Below, piece after piece: positions 1 to 9,800 of a stretch of DNA of 64,000 nt (positions within the stretch are counted from its first letter, which is position 1; each line of letters starts with the position of its first letter). The notes under the pieces are model-generated. The model was not told the origin of the DNA, did no database searches, and was given only the letters and a program-made list of their open reading frames with translations. The translations under genes were made by a program, and so were the position numbers. This DNA comes from Antedon mediterranea (taxonomy: Eukaryota; Animalia; Echinodermata): contig NC_092674.1 in NCBI RefSeq assembly GCF_964355755.1, forward strand, positions 5,208,001-5,272,000, written 5' to 3'.

Positions 1-1038
1 TTGAATAGGCAAATGTAATGTTACATTTGGTAATATATTATTATTTACAAAAATCGGTAAAATATATTAAAATCGTTTAATTTGTTTGTAGCCTAATTTG
101 TTTAGCGCAATCATTGCTTTTGCTTTTTTTCCGAGAAAATAAATGACTTTGTTAAAACTTCAATGTCACCTAATTAAAGTTTAATTACAGTTTGATGACG
201 TGTTTAAGGTTCATCGCATATTTTTATTGCAGGTGTTGTCCTGAATTCTTAAAAACTGATATACTAATGTTACATAAGAGTTCGTGTTTCCCTGAAATTT
301 GAGTGGACTAATTGTTTCCTATTATGGAGGATATTGTAGCGTATTATATAATATATAGGTTCCCCCAAGGACATGTTACCGGTAAACGTTTCCAGACAGT
401 TGAACAGTAATAGCCTACTACCGATTTATGTGCCGTATTTGTATTGTTTCGGGTTCCTATGATGTTGTATTCGTTAAATCCCCAACGGAAAATCAATCCT
501 TTTGTTGTTATAACACATTGTGGTTGTTAGTGACGTCAACTGACTCCTGACGTTTCATTTTGTTGTTGTTAAGAACCAGTTAATTTATAGTAAAATACCA
601 TTTATTTAAACCTCAATTGTTTTTTTAATTTGTTTGCAATTTAGGCGGATAGCGAAGTGGTACGGATGTTGAGAAGTGGTTTCACCCATGGTCTAAACTA
701 TTATAGTTCAATGGTTTCAATTCACGTTCACTTCTGTTCGAAATGGTTCATTGTCAGATGAATGTAAGACTAATTTGCATTGTCGTTCACGACAGAAGTC
801 GACCATAATAATAGGAGTAGTCATACTCGAATTAAAATATTGAATGATGGGTCATTTTGTATCGTAGGTACCAAAACAATGCAACATTAAATCGTCAAAT
901 AGTTGCTATTTATAGTGTTATACATCAATAATGTAATTAGTCATCAAGTGGTTACTGTGCGCTCGTGTTGTTTAACCATGGAGATATACCCTTATGATTT
1001 AACCTTGTGCTGTGCGGCTTTGCAATTACCTCATCAGT

Positions 1039-1050
1039 GGGGATTTTCCC
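1039..1050 (+). promoter_or_regulatory. NF-kB consensus site GGGGATTTTCCC, with nearby C/EBP-like (TTGCAAT) and ETS-like (CACTTCCT) motifs
   Basis: Exact match to GGGRNWYYCC at 1040-1049. TTGCAAT at 1020-1026 and CACTTCCT near 1084. Function untested. Confidence 0.35.
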
Positions 1051-1355
1051 TCTTTTTCAGGCTTCCGACTCTGGACAAGTTGCCACTTCCTATTTAGCTT
1101 TTTATAAACAAAAACAATCCTGGTATATTAATAATTTATTTACTCATTATTGTATTTATTCCTGTTAAATAAGGAACACTGATTGCATGTGCACTTCAAC
1201 TTGTTAAGGTGCGTCCAAAGAAACAAAATATAACAATAAACAAAGAGGAATACAAAAATGGGAATGTATATTCCTACTAATAAACAAAGACTACCAACAT
1301 CACACCAAGCTTCAACTAATTAACAGACTATGTAGTATCTATATACAACAAACAG

Positions 1356-1975
1356 ATCAAAACATTAAAGCTTGATCAACCTGTAGCCGAACATTTTAAT
1401 TCAGTTGGTCACTCGATTGCAAGTTTCAGAGTTATTGCAATAGACCACGATGTCAAATGGAGCGACAAAACTCGCAAAGACAAAAAAAACCACTGGGAAT
1501 TACTACTTAAAACCACAAAACCTTTTGGACTTAACATTAGGAACATACTCCCAGATCGGTCAAATTATTCCATTGACTACCAAAATTTAAGTTTCAATTT
1601 TAACCACCATTTTAGCTGTTTTTTTAGTTTCATTCCAAAATTGTTTATATCTCTACTAAGCTACCTTCTTTGTTTTCGACTCTTATTTAGTCTCCACCCA
1701 CCATTCACCACCCTGTCTCCTTTGTTGTATTTCTTTTATTCCTGTCCACCCAGACAGCACTTGCCAGTTCTTATGCTATGACTTTATCCAAATTCCTTCA
1801 CTGATCAAGGGATAGTGTTTCCCGAAAGCTCTGATAACTTTTCTGGCTATTTTACTTTATCGTTTTGATTTAGCTTTTCGCTTCTTTTTTTTAATCTCTA
1901 TTGAGATCCAGCCACTGATACACCCACAGCATTGTCATTTTTCCAGTATTTTTCCTTTGGATATATATACATATA
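1356..1975 (+). mobile_element. Penelope-like element, 5' partial tandem copy (GIY-YIG C-terminus plus pLTR)
   Basis: Translates IKTLKLDQPVAEHFNSVGHSIASFRVIAIDHDVKWSDKTRKDK...PFGLNIR. Near-duplicate of 2381-2399 + 2717-3310, the partial-tandem layout typical of Penelope insertions. Confidence 0.8.
1798..1834 (+). ncRNA. Degenerate minimal type I hammerhead ribozyme in Penelope pLTR (copy 1)
   Basis: TCA-CTGATCA-A-GGGA tagtgtt TCCC-GAAA-GCTC-TGA: stem I TCA/TGA, stem II GGGA/TCCC, palindromic AGCT stem III. One core change (CUGAUGA to CUGAUCA). Confidence 0.55.
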
Positions 1976-2399
1976 TACATATATCTATCCATTACGGGCT
2001 ATTATTGAGAAACATATGCCCATTCTACAGTCCACAGAACGTCTCAGGACTGTTTTTCCGGAACCACCCATTATTGCATTTCGTAGACCTCCCAACCTTC
2101 GTGATTAGTCAGATCCAAATTTAAGAGTGAAATTAACTCTCATGACAGCCAAAATTTGGCCAGTCACCTTTGCGGTAAATCTTGCAAAACTTGTTCATTG
2201 GTTGATTCTACTTAAAAATTTGAGAGTAACCAAACTGGCCGCATTTTTCGGATAAGACAATCAATTAATTGTCTAACCAAAAACGTCATTTATCTCATAT
2301 ACTGTAATATTTGTGGCAAACAGTACGTCGGAGAAACAAAAAACACTCTCCGTATGAGAATGACACAACATAGATGAGCTATCAAAACATTAAAGCTTG

Positions 2400-2716
2400 G
2401 AGGGCGTGTGGCGCAGTGTGTTGGACGTTGGACTACCGATCGTCAGACCTAGGTTCGAATCCAACTCTCGCCGCATTGCTTGTATCCGTAGGCAAGATAC
2501 TTTACTTACGTTGCCTCTCTCTACCCAGGTGTATAAATGGGTACCCAGTTAGATCTAGACACAACTGCGCTGGTTACCGGCTGCATTATGGGAGTATGTT
2601 TCCATACGTGTTTGATCCCAAAAAATACTGGGGTAATAATGCTTGTAAAGCGCCTTTGAGCATGATTACTCATGAAAAGGGCGCTATATAAATCTGGTAT
2701 TATCATATATTATATT
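2400..2716 (+). mobile_element. Full-length tRNA-derived SINE inserted into the Penelope element
   Basis: A box TGGCGCAGTGTG, B box GGTTCGAATCC, CORE/Meta-like centre (GGCAAGATACTTTAC...CCCAGGTGTATAAATGGGTACC) and L2-like tail (GCGCTATATAAAT + TAT repeats). It splits AAGCTTG|ATCAACC, which is contiguous in the upstream copy (about 1368-1381). Confidence 0.88.
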
Positions 2717-3143
2717 ATCAACCTGTAGCCGAACATTTTAATTCAGCTGGTCACTCGATTGCAAATTTCAGAGTTATTGCAATAGACCACGATGTCAAAT
2801 GGAGCGACAAAACTCGCAAAGACAAAGAAAACAACTGGGAATTAATACTTAAAACTACAAAGCCTTTTGGACTTAACATTAGGAACATACTCCCAGATCG
2901 GTAAAATTATTTCATTGACTACCAAAATTTAAGTTTTAATATTAAGCACCATTTTAGCTTTTTTTAGTTTCATTCCAAAATTGTTTATATCTCTACCAAG
3001 CTACCTTCTTTGTTTTCTACTCTTATTCAGTCTCCACCCACTATTCAACACGCTGTTTCTATTGTTATATTTCTTTTATTCCTGTCCACCCAGGCAGCAC
3101 TTGCCAACTCATATGCTATGACTTTGTCCAAATTCCCTCACTT

Positions 3144-3180
3144 GCACTGATGAAGAGCTAGTGTTGCCCAAAAGCTCTGC
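3144..3180 (+). ncRNA. Degenerate minimal type I hammerhead ribozyme in Penelope pLTR (copy 2)
   Basis: GCA-CTGATGA-A-GAGC tagtgtt GCCC-AAAA-GCTC-TGC. CUGAUGA is intact; GAAA is mutated to AAAA. Confidence 0.55.
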
Positions 3181-3334
3181 TAACTTTCTGGCTGTTTACT
3201 TTATCGTTTTGATTTAGCTTTTCGCTTTTCTTTTTTGTATCTCCATTGAGATCCAGCCACTGATACCCACAGCATTGTCATTTTTTTAAGTAATTTGCCT
3301 TTGGATCTATATATATATACACACACATACATCA

Positions 3335-4779
3335 TCTATATTATAAGTGAGAGAGTTTGTCTGTTTGTCTGTTTGTTCGTTATACAAAATTTTGTTACTG
3401 CACATAATCTTACATATGGGGTATCAAAATGACCGCAATTGTACCGGGAATGTTCTAAGCTATATTTCAACATCATCCGCCACCTAGGATCCAAGTTAGG
3501 GACCAAAATGTGGTCAAAACCCCCACTTTCGATGTTTGTTCGTTATAAAAATTTCTGTGTCTGCACGTAACCATACGTATGGGGTATCAAAATGATGGCA
3601 ATTGTACCCGGAAGGTTTTAAACTACATTTAAAAAAATTCCCCCGACTCCTGGGGTTTTTTTGGAATGGGTGGGGGGGGGGTGGTTGTGTGGTGGTTTGT
3701 GATGTCATTTTTGCTAGGGCTCGGGGTTGTAGGCTATCGAATTGTAAAATTATACTACAAAAGTTTTACAGTATTTGAATTATCCTCAGCAAGGCGTTTG
3801 GGGAAATATAGATATAGCTATACATATTTCATTCATTAAACAATATGACACCTATTCAATTACACATTTAGCAAAGTACTTTAACCATATCCAGCTATTT
3901 GTTTGGTCTCTTGGATTGCCTCATTACAGACATCCATACCTGTGTGAACATACACATGTTGTTTACTGTTACTGTGTTCAACTACATCACCAATCCTCCA
4001 AGGAAAAAAACGTACATTGTGGGAGAGTGGGGTTGGGAGATAGGGTTTGGGAGTTTGGTTTCAGGAGAGAGTGGGGATTTTGCTTACACCAGAATTGTGG
4101 TTGGAAACTTTTAAAGTATTTAATCATCCCTGGGAAGCGGATGGGAGTTTGGGGTGGGGATGTACATCTAGGCCTATCACCATGACCGAAACTGTATTTG
4201 GAATGTTTTAAACTACATTTGAAAACTGCCACTGAGGGATTATGGGTTGGGAGTGATAATAATATAAATTGTACTGGAACCGGCTTCAACAGATCACCCA
4301 GTGTATCTGGCGTGTGTTTTTTGTAGAGGGAGAAGGAGCGAAAATACTAGCGTAATGAAGTAGCCTATATGATTGGATTGTACTAGGAAAAGTTACTAAA
4401 TTTGAACTGTCCAGGGGAGGAGTTAAGGTTTGTTGATGGTGGCTGGGGTGGTGAAAGGAGAAAGAAGGCTGGGTGCCCGCAGTATCTAAATTACAAATTT
4501 TAATTATCAGCCAATATGACACCTATTCATTTACACAATTTACAACGTACTACAACCATTATTAGACCCATCGTAGTTATGAATACTCCTCTCAATTCGA
4601 AGCTTAGGTTGAATTGAATTTGTCCATCACTGGGAAGATTTTGTTTTTAAGAAAGAGTATGGGGTGTTGTTGAGGGGTCGATGTTGGTGAGTATAGACAG
4701 ATACTGGCGTCGGGTGTTATGTACTGAGAAGGCTGTAAACTAATTTTGAAACCCGCCCTGGGGCGGGTATAATTGCTAG
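3335..4779 (+). mobile_element. Non-autonomous Helitron
   Basis: 5' A|TCTATATTATAA followed by GTTTGTCT repeats. 3' perfect hairpin ACCCGCCC-TG-GGGCGGGT (4751-4768) then CTAG|T (4776-4779). Inserted in an AT dinucleotide with no TSD. Confidence 0.8.
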
Positions 4780-4928
4780 TAATATATATAAAAATAATAA
4801 TACAGGCAGTGGAATATGCTCATGATATTGGACGCAAACATGTATACTGGGAATCGGGTGGGATAAGATCATTAAAGCGCGGCATACAACTTGTATAGTC
4901 CTATTTAAGCCTTGGAAGCCGGACTTAC

Positions 4929-5155
4929 GTGCCTTCTGCTGGCACAATAACTGATAGAGTCTCCTGGAAGTCTGTGAAAGTTAACATCACCCAAATAATG
5001 ATGTACTGTAGGCAATTTTTTATCGTGTTTTTTAACTGCAATTGTGTGTGTATTGGCAAAAAACATCCTGATGTTTATTATCCAAATGGCCTTCCAATAA
5101 AAGTGAGACTTAATTGTTTGCATTGTTTTCTTGTTGTAATTGCTTCCGGGATTTG
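4929..5155 (-). other. Putative first exon of an unidentified minus-strand gene continuing leftward
   Basis: Strong donor CAC|GTAAGT at 4929/4928. Upstream TATAA (minus, 5181-5185) next to GGGATTTTCC (5169-5178), CCAAT near 5239 and CAGGAAG near 5257. No downstream exon recognised in the window. Confidence 0.35.
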
Positions 5156-5168
5156 ACGATTGCATTGA

Positions 5169-5265
5169 GGGATTTTCCCCTTATACTGTAATCACCGCAT
5201 TTGTACGTCACATCAGTCAAACACTATCAGCAATCTGGCCAATCAGACGCGACGACAGGAAGCCT
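5169..5265 (-). promoter_or_regulatory. Candidate promoter: kB site, TATA-like, CCAAT and ETS motifs
   Basis: GGGATTTTCCCCTTATA at 5169-5185, GGCCAATCAG at about 5237-5246, ACAGGAAG at about 5256-5263. Confidence 0.4.
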
Positions 5266-6540
5266 TGTTGATTCTAACATTTAAGACTTTTACCACGAAA
5301 TTAAGGTTGCCAGGACTGTTCTTCTCACGATATGATTACTCATTCATTTCATCCTGTTCGATTCAAAATTAGTGATTTTATACCTCCATGATTCAATTTT
5401 AGCAAATTCCTGACAAATTCATTTATAGCGTCTCATCTTATCAATTAGGCGTACTTTGTTAAGTCAGATCAGGAAGAAAGAAACAAAATAAAAACATCTC
5501 TAATGATCAGCAATTGCTGGATGGATCATCGTCATTAAATATGGTCCCAAAAAAAATGTAATCACCCTGGTTAGAAACAGCAAATCACCAAAGAAACTGT
5601 CAGTTTTACGCGCCTCTGAGGCAAATGAGTTGGCTCTCTGCGTGAAGCGAATAACTTGGTGTCGGGTAACGTTCCGAGAGCACCGATTCTTACGTTCTGC
5701 ACGATATTATAACAAGTAAAACCACACGGTTTAAAAAATATTCAGATATATTTAAATCGTCACATTATTAAATAAAATAACACAAACATTATTTATATCA
5801 GCTTTTGTTTATTTCAATGGCATAACTTTGAAAAATCTGCGTATTGTAGTATACAAAAAAACCTTACATTTCAATATGGAATGCATGCAATATATGACTA
5901 GGTCTCCAAGTTCTGTAATAAGTCTAGGGGTAAGTCAACTGGGTTTCCGGGTCCATATATGGAGGTAAATTAGTCTTTATGACATAATATATATATTCTA
6001 TATAATACATTTTATTATTTTTTTTTTTTTCATTTTTTAGGACCATTTACATTTTTAATAAAATTGATAATAAATAATGCAGATATTATTAGATTAACTA
6101 TTCACACGTTTACTTATGTATACATTATTATCTGGAAATACTTTCAGTAAGGCAGGACATAATGAACGTGTTGAACCTAATGTAGGCCGTAACTAACTGG
6201 TACTTAGGACAACAATTATATATTAATATAAGTTAGCTAATCGGCAGTTAACGACTACCTACCTTTAAAAATAATAATAGGCCTATGCACGTTATAGACC
6301 TGTTAATGGTAGTGTGGCTATGTCTGTAAAAGTATGGCTATATACACTTTGTTCCCCTCTCTTTTGTGGCTATATACACTATTAAAAAAACTTAATTATT
6401 ATAACCCAGATGACTGCTCGTCGAACTACTGTCCGGTTTATATAACAGCGATTTAGGGCTCTCCGAAGCCTTTTGTTCCCCTTGCATAGTTCTCCTTCCT
6501 ATCCTAATGTTGAATTAAGAATAAAATTCATGGAACCAAA

Positions 6541-6695
6541 GGTTCCCACTAGAGACGTAACACAGGATGTAACGCCACGTAATTTGACCAATCACAAGCG
6601 ATGGATTATTCTATTATTATAACTGTCGCCTCTCATTGGTCAATTGCGTTGCGTCCGCGTCCTTGCATTGCGTCTATTTAGTGGGAAACCAATCA
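6541..6695. mobile_element. MITE family B copy (TIR GGTTCCCACTA)
   Basis: GGTTCCCACTAG...TAGTGGGAAACC, with the internal TTGACCAATCACAAGCGA shared with copies at 32760-36060 and 53345-54035. Confidence 0.7.
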
Positions 6696-6811
6696 AAGCT
6701 ATTAACAGTGACGTCATTTTTAGGAAGTCAACATACAGCAGTGACGTCATATTGTTATATTTAATTTTCATCCATATCATTCGATTATTTCTTTATATTT
6801 CCATCTTCCAT

Positions 6812-9800
6812 TCAATCTCCAGATTTTATAGTTTCGATTCGGCATTTGGTAGCCTCTTGTTTTGTGAGAAAATGTCTATCGTTTTCAACTTTTAACAACT
6901 TTACTTCAGTTCCGTCAATTGCAAGATAATGCCCTACAAATAAATAATAAAAACGATGTATTTATAGGCTATACTATTAGGTGTATATAGACCAGAAAAC
7001 CCTTCCTGCCTGGATAGACGTACCTTTAATTGAATACAGTATAGCTCCTCTTTTTGGACACCCCTATATTCAGGGGAAACCCCTATTAAGGGAACAGTTT
7101 AACATTACGACCAACCCCTACTTAGAGGACACTCATATTAAGGGGACATAGTCAAAATATTGTTGATTCAACTCATAATAAGTAGATACTTTTTTTCCAT
7201 CACAAAAACACCAAAAAAAAACCGTAAAATGGGTATAATAATAACAATTATGATACCCTGGCTTGGCAGTTTTCATTGTAGAAACGTCTGCTGTTAAATG
7301 TTCAATTCATCTCAGTTTCTTAATTCCATATCAAGTATTGTTCATTTGGGTTTTTTTCGATCGAAAAACCATATGAAGGGGACAATTTGTTGGGTCCAGA
7401 AGATGTCACGTTAATAGAGTTTCTACTGTATGTAAGTATCGTCATTGTCCATCATATTAACAATCGTCATCATATTAGAATCTTTCCTCCCGAGCGAAGG
7501 CGTGGCATTCTCTATCATCACCCGTATAAAATGATCACGGCATATTATATATCAGTACAATCAAACCATCATCATCATCATTATTATCATCATCATCCTC
7601 AATTTCATTATTTATATAACCACTCACTTGGATATTGCACCGATTCAATCAGGAATCTATCGTCCTCTTGCGGGTATATTGACATCGTAAAGGCACGGCC
7701 ATCACACGGCACAAGAGCGCCCGACACTTTTCCTACCTGGGAACAAAAACAAAACAACAGGTTATATTTTTTAATGAAGAGGCGTGTGCGAAGATTGTAA
7801 ATGCGGAACTAGCCCCAAACCCGCCTTAGTAGGCCTACAGTAAAGTGACTTACTGTGAGTTCCAACTGCCTGCTACTGCTTACATTTATGAACTTTTTGT
7901 CATGCATAAACATCATCACCTGTCTGTTGGTTTGTGATGAAAAATTTATAAATCTATGAACATCTAAAGGTGCTGTAAAAAAAGATGAATATTATTCTTA
8001 AATCATTCAGTTCGACGTTCGACAAAATGTTGTGGGTTGTGGCAGAGATGACTAGGGGAGGCTCTATAGGCCTAAATATTTCCATAGGGGCTTTATTTTT
8101 GTCCAGGACGCGCACTGGTGTCCATCAAAGGTCAGTTGGAAAGTTACACAAGTCTGTAGGTTATTGTATTTTTGTTATTTAACGGAGTTTCGATTTTTTG
8201 CTGAAAAAATGAGCTCAAGTATTATACGTATGAAACGCTATATGTGCCACACTATTTATTTTTTTACTAATTTTGGTCTAGAACCTATTAGACTACTGTA
8301 GTTTTAACACTACGACCGACTATAGCTTGGTTTAGGAACTCTTCTGTAATAACTAAAACAGGTCCACTTACATAAAATTGGATCATATCGTCCAGCAAAG
8401 ACTGTTGTGCTGTTACAACGTACGAATTCCTTCATTCCTTCTCTTAAATCATTACGAAAGAAGCACAGACCTCTCTGGAAGCTATTTTTATCCGGTATCA
8501 ACAATGCTCTGCCACCTGCCGTCTCTATACTAACAGCAGTCACCTCAATTTTATCTACAATAAAACATTGCCAAGCATATAAATATAACAAAGTGTTTAC
8601 CGTATACTTGTTCTTTAAAAAACGCCCCGCGCTTTGAATAAACGCCTCCCTCAATTAAACACCCCTCGCCCAGCCCCTACCCAACACCCCTCCCCCCCCC
8701 CCTAGAACATAATTTTGAATAAACTCCCTCTCCAATTTGCAACAATAGCCTACTGCTATAGTATCCGATTTTCTCGGTACTGTTGCTAATTATACTGCAT
8801 ATTATTATGTTAAAAACCGAAATTTGTTTAGTAGCCCTAAATTATCCTTCCTTCCTTATCAATTGAGGCCTGGGAAAAAACTCTTTGGAGCACTTCAATT
8901 CGTTAGTAAAAGTGATAAAATTCTTCTTTTGTATTTCTATTATATTTAAATTAATAAATGTCGTTAATATAATAAGCGAGAATCTTTAATTAACTGGGTG
9001 CAATCTGTTTGGGCCTATGGGACTTAGCGACCAAGGTATTGTGCTTGTACGGAGAAATGAGTTTCTCCATGGTGCTGATTAATGATAACAAATAAACATA
9101 CCATTATATGTGATCTTGCATACGAATTCAAACGTGTGTGGTGTGTTGTCCTCTTCTGAGATATATGTACGTCTAATTTTCTATAGAATAAAAAGCAGAT
9201 CATAATAATGTCAAGAGTTAATGGTGCTGTATTTAAAAAATAGGGATAATTATAATAGGCCCACCATTTTCACCTGGGCCTGCATTCAATATATTATAAT
9301 TGTAAAAGACTGTTTTTAACAGTAGCCCTGAATTAGGCCAAAATTCCTTCATTATTACTTGAGGCCTGGAAAACTCTATGGGGCCAAAAATCTTACTCAA
9401 TAAATTACATAACTTTTATAATGCACTTACAATTTCTAAGGATGACTTCATGAATATTGCGAGAACCTCTTCCGTTTGTTTGCTGACTATGTCCTCTTCA
9501 TTTACCAATACGATCCTATCACCGCTCCTAATGTCAAAATAAAATTAATATATCCTTATTATACCTATTATATAACAAATGCAAACAAATCTATATGATA
9601 GATATACAATAAAATACTCATCATCATCGTCACAATCAGCATCATCATCATCATCTCATCATCATCATCGCCATCATCATCATCGTCGTCTAATCATCAT
9701 CATCGTTATCATCATCATCATCTTCATCATCATCATCATTATTATTATCATTGTCTTCTTCTCATTATCATCATCACCATCATCATCATCACCATCACCA

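Larger units (their letters stand above)
1992..3315 (+). mobile_element. Degenerate Penelope-like retroelement (Neptune-type): RT thumb, Cys linker, GIY-YIG endonuclease, pLTR
   Basis: LRAIIEKHMPILQSTERLRTVFPEPPIIAFRRPPNLRD, then CGKSCKTC, then INCLTKNVIYLIYCNICGKQYVGETKNTLRMRMTQHR, continuing after the SINE as DQPVAEHFN...PFGLN. In-frame stops present. Confidence 0.88.

Noticed and set aside
2400-2475. Possible tRNA gene
   Set aside because: It is the tRNA-derived head of a SINE, continuous with a core and an L2-like tail.
3775-4522. Several 70-136 aa ORFs
   Set aside because: They lie inside the Helitron, with no recognisable domains or splice-consistent structure.
5900-6811. AU-rich instability elements in the IL-1-like 3' UTR
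   Set aside because: No clustered ATTTA pentamers on the minus strand beyond what AT-rich DNA would give, and the 3' end is not defined.
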